A DNA stretch of 64,000 bases from positions 1,706,561 through 1,770,560 of the forward strand of contig OX639992.1 of assembly GCA_951828515.1 (NCBI GenBank). The letters are read 5' to 3'. The notes beneath the pieces were generated by a model. That model was not told the origin of the DNA. It was given only the letters and a program-made list of their open reading frames with translations, and made no database searches. Positions within the stretch are counted from its first letter, which is position 1. Each line of letters opens with the position of its first letter. Source of the DNA: an uncultured Poribacteria bacterium (GTDB lineage Bacteria > Poribacteria > WGA-4E > WGA-3G). Positions 16,949 to 25,599 of the stretch are shown here, piece by piece. The position numbers and the translations under genes are program-made.

Positions 16949-17923
16949 ATGTCGGACAATCATGAAACAGTAAACATTTCTGACATCCGAAATAAACAGA
17001 TTTCAAGAGCACAAGGATGCCTCATTGGGCAACTCGCAGGAGACGCACTTGGAAGCCTCGTTGAGTTCCAAGCACCTGAAGAAATCCAGAGACAATATCC
17101 TGACGGCATCCGAGATATGGCTGATGGAGGAACTTGGGACACAATCGCAGGACAACCGACAGACGATTCCGAATTAGCACTCATGTTGGCACGTACACTG
17201 GTGGAGAGAGGCGCGTTTGATCGGGAAGCAACTCGGAAGGCTTACATCTTCTGGTATGAGTCTGACCCTTTTGATTGTGGATATACCACCAGTAACGGAC
17301 TCATGGGACAGCACAAACCAGACAGTCAAGCAAACGGTGCTATGATGCGTGTCAGTCCACTCGGGATCTTCGGTGCGAATTACGATTTAAAGCAGGTCGC
17401 AGACTGGGCACGTCAGGACGCCGCAATCACCCATATACATCAAGTTTGCCAGGATACCAGCGCACTGTTCGCCATGGCGATAGCACACACAATCCGTACA
17501 GGTTGCGACGCGTCTACACTCTATGACGACATTATTTTTTGGGCACCGGAGATAACGACGAGGCAAAGCATTATTGAGACCATCGAAGCCGCAAAGGACG
17601 CACCCCCTGAAGATTATACAATCAACCAAGGATGGGTGTTAATTGCGTTTCAAAACGCGCTCTATCAACTCCTTCATGCCTCAAGTACCGAACAGGGAAT
17701 TATAAACACAGTGATGCAAGGTGGGGACACAGATACAAACGCCGCAATTTGTGGTGCCCTGCTTGGTGCTGTCAACGGGCTATCAACGATACCTGAACGG
17801 TGGATAGAAACCTTACGCAACTGCCGTCCAGAAAAAGATACGCCGGGGGTCTATCAACCACGTCCTGAGTGTTTCTGGCCCGTAGATGCTTTAGAACTCG
17901 CTGTGCAACTCGTCGCGGCTTAA
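16949..17923 (+). CDS. ADP-ribosylglycohydrolase family protein
   Basis: GCLIGQLAGDALGSLVEF, GQPTDDSELALMLA and GGDTDTNAAICGALLGA motifs. The ATG at 16949 lies in the tracked ORF that starts at 16931. Confidence 0.85.
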   Translation: MSDNHETVNISDIRNKQISRAQGCLIGQLAGDALGSLVEFQAPEEIQRQYPDGIRDMADGGTWDTIAGQPTDDSELALMLARTLVERGAFDREATRKAYIFWYESDPFDCGYTTSNGLMGQHKPDSQANGAMMRVSPLGIFGANYDLKQVADWARQDAAITHIHQVCQDTSALFAMAIAHTIRTGCDASTLYDDIIFWAPEITTRQSIIETIEAAKDAPPEDYTINQGWVLIAFQNALYQLLHASSTEQGIINTVMQGGDTDTNAAICGALLGAVNGLSTIPERWIETLRNCRPEKDTPGVYQPRPECFWPVDALELAVQLVAA

Positions 17924-17964
17924 ACCGAGGCACGGAGATCTCGGTACGGAAGACAGGAACAAAA

Positions 17965-18561
17965 ATGGTGAAACATAACAGTAGTGCCGGATTTTCAAGA
18001 CTCATAGTGATATGGGGAACAACTTTGGTTCTCATCGCAGTTGGGTTCGGTGTGACGTTATATCTCATTGAACAGTCAAAGCAATCAGTGGTCCCGACAG
18101 CACCACCGCCATTGCCCATCGCTGCTAACCCGTCAGACATACCACCATCTCCACAAGAGGTCAACCTATTTCTCCTCGATACGACTGCCCTGACGCTGGT
18201 CCCAGTTAAAACTGAACGACGGCTCCATGTCGAACTTACGAAACGCTTGAGCCAGATAATCACAGCACTCATTCAGGAAACACCACCCAACTTTAGAAAC
18301 ACGATTCCGCGTGGAACAGTCTTGAACGAAGCCTACATTGATAGCCAACAAACCGCGTATTTGGATTTTTCAAACCATCTCACCGATGGGCACATCGGCG
18401 GGACAACAGCAGAACTTTTGACCATCACGGCAATTCTTAAAACCGTTTTCGACGCATTTCCTGAAGAAATCAAACAGGTTCAGATTTTAATCGAGGGTGA
18501 GGAAGTGAGAACGCTCGCGGGACACCTCAACCTTTCACAACCGCTACATCTGTTCCAATAG
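17965..18561 (+). CDS. GerMN-domain membrane-anchored protein
   Basis: The ATG at 17965 gives an N-terminal TM (LIVIWGTTLVLIAVGFGVTLYLI). The C-terminal region (AYLDFSNHL...GGTTAELLTITAILKTVFDAFPEI..VQILIEGEEV.TLAGHL) is typical of GerMN. Confidence 0.7.
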   Translation: MVKHNSSAGFSRLIVIWGTTLVLIAVGFGVTLYLIEQSKQSVVPTAPPPLPIAANPSDIPPSPQEVNLFLLDTTALTLVPVKTERRLHVELTKRLSQIITALIQETPPNFRNTIPRGTVLNEAYIDSQQTAYLDFSNHLTDGHIGGTTAELLTITAILKTVFDAFPEEIKQVQILIEGEEVRTLAGHLNLSQPLHLFQ

Positions 18562-18786
18562 ACTTTTAATTTATGGCATCCTGGACTGTCCTCCATTCCT
18601 GGTGCAAGCCTCTATAGGAAACCTATGGGACAAGGGGCAGATTTCTGGTGAAACGCTTGTCTATCTTTAAAAAGGAATATAGGATACATCAAAAACCAGG
18701 TTTCCTGCAACAACGACGCAGACAACTCAAACACGAAAAGCGTCAAGTTACAAAGCCGTTACTTATTCGCAAGGTAGAATTAAAAA

Positions 18787-19347
18787 GTGAAACTCATTGT
18801 TGGACTCGGTAATCCGGGGATACGCTACGAGCAGACTAAACATAATATCGGCTTTCGCGTGATTGACGCGCTCTACGAGGAATGCGGTCGAAGTACATCC
18901 CATACATCAATTGGCAAATCACTCGTTAGGCAGGCGACATGGCACGATATCGCTATTGTTCTCGCGAAACCGATGACATATATGAACAACAGTGGTACCG
19001 CTGTCGCCGCACTCGTCAGACAGTTCGAGATCCCACTCTCGGAGCTATGTATTGTCTACGACGATGTCCACTTAGACATTGGTGTGCTTCGGATGCGACA
19101 AAAGGGGAGTGATGGAGGTCAGAAGGGAATGAAGTCTATCATCCACCATTTGGGCACTACTGTTTTTCCGCGCTTACGCATCGGCATCGGTGAACCCATC
19201 GGCGACTTGACCGATTATGTCCTCACGGATTTTACAGAAGACGAAGAAATCGAGATAACACATACCATCGACCGTGCCGTTGATGCCATTGAAACTTTCG
19301 TCAAAGATGACATTCTTACAGCAATGAACCAATTCAATAGACGCTGA
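18787..19347 (+). CDS. pth: Peptidyl-tRNA hydrolase
   Basis: MKLIVGLGNPGIRYEQTKHNIGF, KPMTYMNNSG and GHNG-like (GGQKGMKSI) motifs, with a GTG start. Confidence 0.9.
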   Translation: MKLIVGLGNPGIRYEQTKHNIGFRVIDALYEECGRSTSHTSIGKSLVRQATWHDIAIVLAKPMTYMNNSGTAVAALVRQFEIPLSELCIVYDDVHLDIGVLRMRQKGSDGGQKGMKSIIHHLGTTVFPRLRIGIGEPIGDLTDYVLTDFTEDEEIEITHTIDRAVDAIETFVKDDILTAMNQFNRR

Positions 19348-19350
19348 AAT

Positions 19351-19478
19351 AGCAGTCAGCCGTCAGGTCGGGTTGCTACGCACCCCTTTCAGCAGTCAGC
19401 CGTCAGCCATCAGTTTTAAGAGGTTTTCGTTTAAAAACACCTTTCTTGCCGATAGCCGATAGCCGATGGCTGATGGCC
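19351..19478. repeat. Heptad-arm palindromic intergenic element (copy 2, duplicated left arm)
   Basis: AGCAGTCAGCCGTCAGG ... CAGCAGTCAGCCGTCAGCCATCAGTTTTAAGAGG ... CCTTTCTTGCCGATAGCCGATAGCCGATGGCTGATGG, with 7-nt periodicity in both arms. Confidence 0.8.
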
Positions 19479-19499
19479 ATAAAACCAAACAGGAAACTG

Positions 19500-20519
19500 A
19501 TGACAAATCAAAAATCCCCTTTACTGACGGAAACCGAAAGTCCGAAAGCCAAATTACAAACCGCTATTGACGCTGTGATAAAAGCCATGCAACTCTGTGA
19601 ACAGGTGCAAGCTGAGATGGTGCCAACAGATGCAATCCAAAAAACAGACCGGAGCCCCGTAACTGTCGCGGACTTCGGATCGCAGGCATTGATATGCAAA
19701 GCAATCGGCGATGCTTCTCCCGACGACGTTATCGTCGCTGAGGAGAGCGCCCAGGCACTGAAAGAGAACGCATCGCTCTTAGAACGCGTCACAGATTACG
19801 TGAACCCATTTTTCAAAGATGCACCGCCCTCGGCAGAGACTGTCTGTGAATGGATCGATCGGGGGAGTGGTGAGGTCGGACCAAACTTTTGGACGCTTGA
19901 CCCAATTGACGGTACGAAAGGCTTTCTTCGCCGAGACCAGTACGCAATCGCCTTGGCTCATATTGTTGATGGCACTGTTCAACTCGGCGTTTTAGGGTGT
20001 CCAAACTTGCTGTCCGGATTGAACGACGAAGATTTAGAACGTGGATGCCTTTTTGTCGCCATCCGCGGTGAAGGCACACGGCTCTACACGAAAACAGGAA
20101 ACTTTATAGAGCAAGTACACGTATCGGAAGCGGTACATCGCTTCGCAGAGAGTTTCGAGTCCACGCACGGAGACAGTGATGCACACAGTAGCATTGCGAA
20201 TGCCCTCGGAATTACAGAATCACCTGTTCGCATGGACAGTCAGGCGAAGTACGGCATCGTTTCCCGTGGCGAAGCATCGCTCTATATCCGTCTTCCGAAC
20301 CCGAAGTATCCAGATTACCGCGAATGCATCTGGGATCATGCCGCAGGGCTGATTGTCGTCGAAGAAGCAGGCGGCACGGTTACAGACGCGAACGGCATCC
20401 CGCTTAATTTTCTGACGGGCAAGCGGATGCATGAGAACCGCGGTGTCGTCGCAACCAACGGAAAACTCCATCAACAGGTTTTAATGGCGGTCAGCAGTCA
20501 GCAGTCAGCAGTCGGTTAA
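19500..20519 (+). CDS. 3'(2'),5'-bisphosphate nucleotidase (HAL2/SAL1-type inositol monophosphatase family)
   Basis: SPVTVADFGSQ, WTLDPIDGTKGFLR, DSQAKYGIVSRGEASLYIR and WDHAAG motifs. The ATG at 19500 is preferred because codons upstream lie in the repeat. The last 9 codons and the stop lie in repeat copy 3. Confidence 0.85.
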   Translation: MTNQKSPLLTETESPKAKLQTAIDAVIKAMQLCEQVQAEMVPTDAIQKTDRSPVTVADFGSQALICKAIGDASPDDVIVAEESAQALKENASLLERVTDYVNPFFKDAPPSAETVCEWIDRGSGEVGPNFWTLDPIDGTKGFLRRDQYAIALAHIVDGTVQLGVLGCPNLLSGLNDEDLERGCLFVAIRGEGTRLYTKTGNFIEQVHVSEAVHRFAESFESTHGDSDAHSSIANALGITESPVRMDSQAKYGIVSRGEASLYIRLPNPKYPDYRECIWDHAAGLIVVEEAGGTVTDANGIPLNFLTGKRMHENRGVVATNGKLHQQVLMAVSSQQSAVG

Positions 20520-20612
20520 GAGGGGTCTGGTGAACCAAAGCTTCCTTCGGGAATCGGAGTGTTTTTGCCGGGGTGTTTCCCTCTCCTACGCTGAAAGCCG
20601 ATAGCCGAAACC
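20487..20612. repeat. Heptad-arm palindromic intergenic element (copy 3)
   Basis: GCGGTCAGCAGTCAGCAGTCAGCAGTCGGTTAAGAGGGG ... TTTTTGCCGGGGTGTTTCCCTCTCC ... GCTGAAAGCCGATAGCCGAAACC. Confidence 0.8.
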
Positions 20613-20654
20613 AATACACTGAAAACTATTATAGCAGGAGGCGATAAATACAAT

Positions 20655-21620
20655 ATGAAAGCTGGGCAAATCGTTGCACCACGTCAGATCGAAATTGTTG
20701 ATATAGAACAACCGAACCTCACCGATTACCCTGATGGCACAGTGATGATAAAAACCGCACACAGTGCTATCTGTGGTACTGACATGCCGTCGTTCGTCCT
20801 TGAACATCCAGCGGACAGTTATCCACTTGCACCGGGACTTTCGATTCACGAGACAATTGGTGTCGTTACGGAAAGCACCTCAGACAAATTCAAGGCAGGA
20901 GACGAGGTCCTCGCGCTTCCACGCTATATCGGCGGACTTTCAGAATACTTCCTGTCAGATGAAAGCGTCACGTTACCGTTGACAGACTTCCCGCGAAAGG
21001 ACTGCATCCTGATGTCCCAACCGCTTGGAACGGTTGTTTGGGCATGTCGGAAACTGCCGAACCTACTTAATCTCGATACCGTCGTTATCGGACAAGGACC
21101 GATGGGGCTTCTCTTTACACACATGCTGAGCAACCTCGGCGCGCGCACCGTGATTACGACAGATCTGGTCGATTTCCGACTCGCAGTTTCTAAGAAGATG
21201 CGTGCCACACACACGATCAACACTGCTAAGGAAGATCCCGTCGCTGGCATTGAGGAAATTACGGAGGGCAAAATGGCGGATTTGGTAATTGAGGTCGTTG
21301 GACACCAAACGGAGACTATCAACGATTGCCTTCAACTCCTGAAGCGGGACGGGACACTTCTCGCTTTTGGCGTACCGGACGACCAAATTTACGATTTCCA
21401 TTTCGCAGATTTTTTCCGGAAAAATATCAGATTCATCGGGTCCGTCGGACCGGACGCGCCGAACGACTTCCCATTGGCGATGGATATGATTGCCCAAGGA
21501 CGCTTAGATGTGTCCCCGATTATTACACATCATCTGCCTTTTACAGAGGCACAACTCGGATTTGAGATGGCATTGAACAAGAAAGACGAGGCAATTAAGA
21601 TAGTCTTCGACTATGAATAG
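20655..21620 (+). CDS. Zinc-type medium-chain alcohol/polyol dehydrogenase family protein
   Basis: Catalytic Zn ligand context (AICGTD, SIHETIG) and a Rossmann GxGxxG (VIGQGPMGLL). Confidence 0.8.
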   Translation: MKAGQIVAPRQIEIVDIEQPNLTDYPDGTVMIKTAHSAICGTDMPSFVLEHPADSYPLAPGLSIHETIGVVTESTSDKFKAGDEVLALPRYIGGLSEYFLSDESVTLPLTDFPRKDCILMSQPLGTVVWACRKLPNLLNLDTVVIGQGPMGLLFTHMLSNLGARTVITTDLVDFRLAVSKKMRATHTINTAKEDPVAGIEEITEGKMADLVIEVVGHQTETINDCLQLLKRDGTLLAFGVPDDQIYDFHFADFFRKNIRFIGSVGPDAPNDFPLAMDMIAQGRLDVSPIITHHLPFTEAQLGFEMALNKKDEAIKIVFDYE

Positions 21621-21740
21621 TTATCAGTTGTCAGTAAGAGCGATTTGTAACAATTCTCCCCAATTTGGAGTATTCCAGAGCGTGGTGAATTGTTACAGAT
21701 AGCCCCTTAACCGAAAGCCGATAACCGCAGACCGATAACC
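21621..21740. repeat. Heptad-arm palindromic intergenic element (copy 4) between convergent genes
   Basis: TTATCAGTTGTCAGTAAGAG ... inner stem TGTAACAATTC/GAATTGTTACA ... CCCCTTAACCGAAAGCCGATAACCGCAGACCGATAACC. It abuts both stop codons. Confidence 0.8.
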
Positions 21741-21742
21741 AT

Positions 21743-22792
21743 TTACAACGGCAATTCAACGGGACGTTCTTCACGGCTGGACTGGTAGATAGCGAGAATA
21801 ATCTCAACGGCTTTGCGTCCTTCGCGTCCATCAACGAGATGCGAGGCATCGTGTTCAAGCCCATTAATGAGGTTTTCCATCTGCCGTCGGTGATTGGCAT
21901 GGTTAATAGCTCTTGGATCGGATGCCCCACCGCCGGTGTCTGTTTTTTGAGCGAATTTCTCTCGGATTTCTGCATCTTCAGGCAGTTCCGGGTCGAATTC
22001 CCAAGTCACAATGTCTTCCTCGGCTAAAACGACAGTTCCGTTTGTGCCGGAAATTTCAGTTTTCTTAAGCATGCCGGGAAAAGCGGTAGTTGTGCCTTCA
22101 ATGACACCGAGTGCCCCGTTTTCAAATCGGAGTGCAGCGACAGCGGCATCTTCGACCTCTATCCGCTCGTGTGCCAAGGTATCGGTAAACGCTTGGACAG
22201 ATTTAACGGGTCCCATAAAATACTGGAGCAGGTCAATAGCGTGGATGGATTGGTTCATGAGCGCGCCACCACCATCAAGGTCCCACGTTCCTCGCCAGCC
22301 ACCGCTGTCGTAATACTCTTGAGAACGGTACCATTTGATGTAGGCATCGCCCAAAGTTAACTTGCCGAATCGTCCGCTCTCAATTGTGGATTTAACGAGT
22401 TGCGTACTTTCTGTGAAGCGGGAATTGAAAATAGCGCACAGCCGGACACCCGCTGCGTCGCACGCTTCAATAATCTGATCGCACCGTGGGAGCGTGATTT
22501 CCAACGGTTTTTCAACGATGACATGTTTGCCAGCTTCCGCTGCAGCGACAGCAGGTTCCAAATGCGCACCGCTCGGCGTACAGATGCAAACGATATCTAA
22601 GTCGTCCCGTTTGAGCATCTCGGCATAATCGGTATAACTGTCGACATTGTAGCGATCGGTGAGCCGTTTAGCGTTCTCGGCATTTCGTGAACTGACTGCG
22701 ACTAATTGCCCGTGTTCTAATTCAGAAATCGCGACGGAATGAAAATCGGAGATCATTCCGCACCCAATAATACCAAATCCGTATGTCTTCAT
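21743..22792 (-). CDS. Gfo/Idh/MocA family oxidoreductase
   Basis: YGFGIIGCGMISDFH and the EKPL motif (VIVEKPLE); 349 aa. Confidence 0.85.
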   Translation of the reverse strand: MKTYGFGIIGCGMISDFHSVAISELEHGQLVAVSSRNAENAKRLTDRYNVDSYTDYAEMLKRDDLDIVCICTPSGAHLEPAVAAAEAGKHVIVEKPLEITLPRCDQIIEACDAAGVRLCAIFNSRFTESTQLVKSTIESGRFGKLTLGDAYIKWYRSQEYYDSGGWRGTWDLDGGGALMNQSIHAIDLLQYFMGPVKSVQAFTDTLAHERIEVEDAAVAALRFENGALGVIEGTTTAFPGMLKKTEISGTNGTVVLAEEDIVTWEFDPELPEDAEIREKFAQKTDTGGGASDPRAINHANHRRQMENLINGLEHDASHLVDGREGRKAVEIILAIYQSSREERPVELPL

Positions 22793-22852
22793 ATTCTTAA
22801 CTATCGTCCTTTACTACACGATCTGACTGTAGGTCAGATCATTGGAAAAATT

Positions 22853-23491
22853 ATGACCTCCAACGAGAATCAAGTTTCAGAGCACGCGCCTACAGAGGAA
22901 CAAGACTCTGAGCAGACACCTACGAATAAAGTCTTCAGAATCGTCTGTATGACGTTTTGCCTTGCAGTGACGGTGCTGTTTCTCTGGGTCTGGCATCATC
23001 AAACCCAGTTCAATGATCATTACCGGAAAGCAACTTTTCTGATGCGCAACGGTGAAGCCAAGCAAGCGATCGAAGCGTACCAGAAGGCAATCAAAAACAA
23101 GGCTCGCACCATCTTTTTCACCAAAGAACCGTCGGTTTACAATAACCTTGGGCAAGCCTATCTATACGACGAACAATATGCTCCCGCTGTTGAGAACTTT
23201 AAAAAAGTGATTGAGATGGCACCGAATATCGCGGAAGGCTACGTTAATCTGACCACCGTCTATCTCCGGCAGAATTTACCAACCGACGCGCGCGAGCGGT
23301 GTCTACGCGCCCTTCAAACCTTCCCGAAGACCGCCCTGCTTCATTACAACCTCGCATGCGCTTACGCGTTAGAGGGCGAATCCCAAAAATCGGTAGACTC
23401 GCTTACGCAAGCAGTAACACTTAACCCGGACCTCAAAGCACTTGCACAACGAGAGGACGCGCTTAAGGAGATTGTACCTGAACTTCCTTGA
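22853..23491 (+). CDS. TPR-repeat protein with N-terminal transmembrane segment
   Basis: The ATG at 22853 follows the divergent gene's start. There is a TM (IVCMTFCLAVTVLFLWVW) and several TPR-like units (AIEAYQKAI, NNLGQAYLYDEQYAPAVENFKKVIEMAPN, HYNLACAYALEG). Confidence 0.7.
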   Translation: MTSNENQVSEHAPTEEQDSEQTPTNKVFRIVCMTFCLAVTVLFLWVWHHQTQFNDHYRKATFLMRNGEAKQAIEAYQKAIKNKARTIFFTKEPSVYNNLGQAYLYDEQYAPAVENFKKVIEMAPNIAEGYVNLTTVYLRQNLPTDARERCLRALQTFPKTALLHYNLACAYALEGESQKSVDSLTQAVTLNPDLKALAQREDALKEIVPELP

Positions 23492-23519
23492 ATCTTGTGC
23501 TTTCATACAAACCAACAGA

Positions 23520-24035
23520 TCAATGCAGAACATTCGCTAACTTTCCACCACAGCGCGCCGTCTTAATCTCAAACGATTTGCCCCGGAAATGGACTTTTGA
23601 TTGGCTTTTGCTGAGTTGTCTGACCTCCGCTCTACTAATCCCATTATGAAATAAAACGGGATAGCAGACGCTTTTAACACTCCGCGGCGTGTAATCAATG
23701 GCAAAAGCAGCTCCGGCTTTTAACTGTTCCACTGCTTCTGATGCGTCAACATTACCGCCACCCTTGAGTTCTATTGGAACTACAATAAAGTTTTCTGTAT
23801 CATCGAAGTAGAAGAGAACGCACTCACACTGATTTTCCCCTTCTTGTCCACTCGGAAATACTGCGTCTAAATCCACGACAACTCGATCATTTTCTGAGAT
23901 ACCGGTTAGGTCTGCGCTACATCGCCCGCGTCTGAATGAGTTCCCGTTAAAAAGACTTTCTCTACCTACCTTATCCCGGATATTCTCAAGAATTTCACTC
24001 CTGCTCAACCTCGGTGCCTCCTGTTGCTTCTTCAA
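23520..24035 (-). CDS. Small PD-(D/E)xK-like protein of unknown function, partner of the upstream ATPase
   Basis: The only in-frame starts are TTG (24035 or 24008). The TTG at 24008 is preceded by AGGAGG with an 8-nt spacer. The candidate nuclease core is VVVDLD...VLFYFDD...FIVVPIELKGG (D ... E-x-K). It overlaps the ATPase stop by 14-41 nt. Confidence 0.55.
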   Translation of the reverse strand: MKKQQEAPRLSRSEILENIRDKVGRESLFNGNSFRRGRCSADLTGISENDRVVVDLDAVFPSGQEGENQCECVLFYFDDTENFIVVPIELKGGGNVDASEAVEQLKAGAAFAIDYTPRSVKSVCYPVLFHNGISRAEVRQLSKSQSKVHFRGKSFEIKTARCGGKLANVLH

Positions 24036-25470
24036 TTTGGGTTCGGAGGTCCACCGAACGATTGTAGAGTTTCTCAGCTACTTCTCCATACTCCTCCGGT
24101 TCTATGCCAGCGATGCGTTCAAATGGAATTTCTTTTACTGGTTCGCTTTCACGGAACCACCACGCACCAACCTCTTCCTTCGTCAACCAAGTTTCCGGTT
24201 CTGTTTTATTTTTTTCCAGTTTCATTACTTCACCCTCGCGAACCAAATTGCCAATTTGCTCAAGGAGCCAGTCGCTATGCGTCGTGATAATCACGCGGAC
24301 ACCAGCTCGAACCAAACGGGCAAGGGTTAGGGCAACCTTAGTTTGGGCAGCGGGGTGTAGATGGGCTTCAGGTTCTTCAATGACGAGCGTATCATTAGGT
24401 TGAATAATTCCACGTAAAAACAAGACAAGTGGGGCGAGTTCCGATACCATTGATGATGACCTACTCATTGATAGAGATTGCTTTGCCTGCTGTGGATGGT
24501 AACGGAATTCAGGGAATCCCGCTGCAGGTTCTGAAACTCTTATCTCTCCACGCAGCACATTTGTCTCCAGTGCTTCGGCGATCTCAAGTATTCTACCCGA
24601 GGACCTGTTTCTTACCTTGTAATTAATAATCTGTTTTAGAAAGTCCGCTATCACTCCTGAAAACGCTGGAACTTCAGACAGAGTTTCCAAACCGATACGG
24701 CTGTTGACAAAATCTATGAGAGAACTAGCAATCACACGACGGCTCTGCACGATGCCACCCCGAGCAGCAGGTAAGTAATGCAATTGCGAAGTCTCCCGCC
24801 CAGAAACACGAAAAAGTCGCATAAGATCTTCAAAATCCAGTGTTTCTTCCGGTCCCTCACCAGTCCCTGGTTTAAGAACTATGTCCTTGTTAATAAAACC
24901 GTTTACAATGGAATTGGAGTCAGAATCGTGCATGAGGTCAAAAGACCACAAGCACTGATCTCCTTCACGGACGTTTAGCGAAACTTCCATTTTATTCCGA
25001 GCATCACCGGTGAAGCGTATCAACTCTGAAATGGATTCCAAATCAAAACACCGTTGGAGTTCATCTTCAAAGGCTGTAGATTTCTTGAGATTAGATTCTA
25101 ACCAAGACCGCATCTGATCGGGTAAATCTGAAAACTTGAAGGGTCGTCCATGTGTATTCAGTTTTTCGAGCATTTCCATAGTTTCTACCTGTAGATCTAC
25201 CTGTTCTTGAATCTCCAGGGACCGACTTCGAGCGCGGTAAGCGAACCTTAAGTAAGAACTGGCCCTAGATGACCACGGAAATTGCGAAAACCCCTCAAAA
25301 CTTTGGTATAATGCATAGATGAGTGCGGCGAGATATGTCTTACCGGTATTGCTCTCACCCACAAAAACAGTCAGCGGACGCAGATCTATCTCCGCCTTTT
25401 CTATCGGTCCAAAATTCTCCACTGCAATATGGATATCTGGGTGCTGCCGTCCATGCTCGGTTTTTCGCAT
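23995..25470 (-). CDS. ABC/OLD-class (AAA_15/AAA_21-like) P-loop ATPase
   Basis: Walker A (VFVGESNTGKTY), a long helical insertion, a Q-loop-like YLPAARGG, Walker B (DTLVIEEPEAHLHP) and an H-loop (VIITTHSDWL). Confidence 0.8.
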   Translation of the reverse strand: MRKTEHGRQHPDIHIAVENFGPIEKAEIDLRPLTVFVGESNTGKTYLAALIYALYQSFEGFSQFPWSSRASSYLRFAYRARSRSLEIQEQVDLQVETMEMLEKLNTHGRPFKFSDLPDQMRSWLESNLKKSTAFEDELQRCFDLESISELIRFTGDARNKMEVSLNVREGDQCLWSFDLMHDSDSNSIVNGFINKDIVLKPGTGEGPEETLDFEDLMRLFRVSGRETSQLHYLPAARGGIVQSRRVIASSLIDFVNSRIGLETLSEVPAFSGVIADFLKQIINYKVRNRSSGRILEIAEALETNVLRGEIRVSEPAAGFPEFRYHPQQAKQSLSMSRSSSMVSELAPLVLFLRGIIQPNDTLVIEEPEAHLHPAAQTKVALTLARLVRAGVRVIITTHSDWLLEQIGNLVREGEVMKLEKNKTEPETWLTKEEVGAWWFRESEPVKEIPFERIAGIEPEEYGEVAEKLYNRSVDLRTQIEEATGGTEVEQE

Positions 25471-25503
25471 TGTTTTTTCCTGACACCGATGAATTTTAAA
25501 CCA

Positions 25504-25532
25504 ATTATACGTCTATTCCTACCTATTTGCAA
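25504..25532 (-). promoter_or_regulatory. Sigma70-type promoter candidate (TTGCAA-17-TATAAT) for the ATPase cassette
   Basis: Minus-strand TTGCAA (25532-25527), a 17-nt spacer, and TATAAT (25509-25504), about 34 nt upstream of the ATG at 25470. Confidence 0.55.
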
Positions 25533-25561
25533 CGAAAAATGGGCGAGAATGAATCCCGCCC
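25533..25561 (-). terminator. Rho-independent terminator candidate after the LamG gene
   Basis: The minus strand reads GGGCGGGATTCATTCTCGCCC followed by ATTTTTC. Confidence 0.5.
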
Positions 25562-25599
25562 ACCTCACTTAGAACAAACAGTGGATAGATATGCCAACA

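Noticed and set aside
19351-20612. Short tandem periodic repeats (CAGCAGT, CCGATAG units) that might suggest a CRISPR array
   Set aside because: The period is 7 nt with no unique spacers. The units form the two arms of hairpin elements. No cas genes or 25-40-nt repeat/spacer structure occur anywhere in the window.
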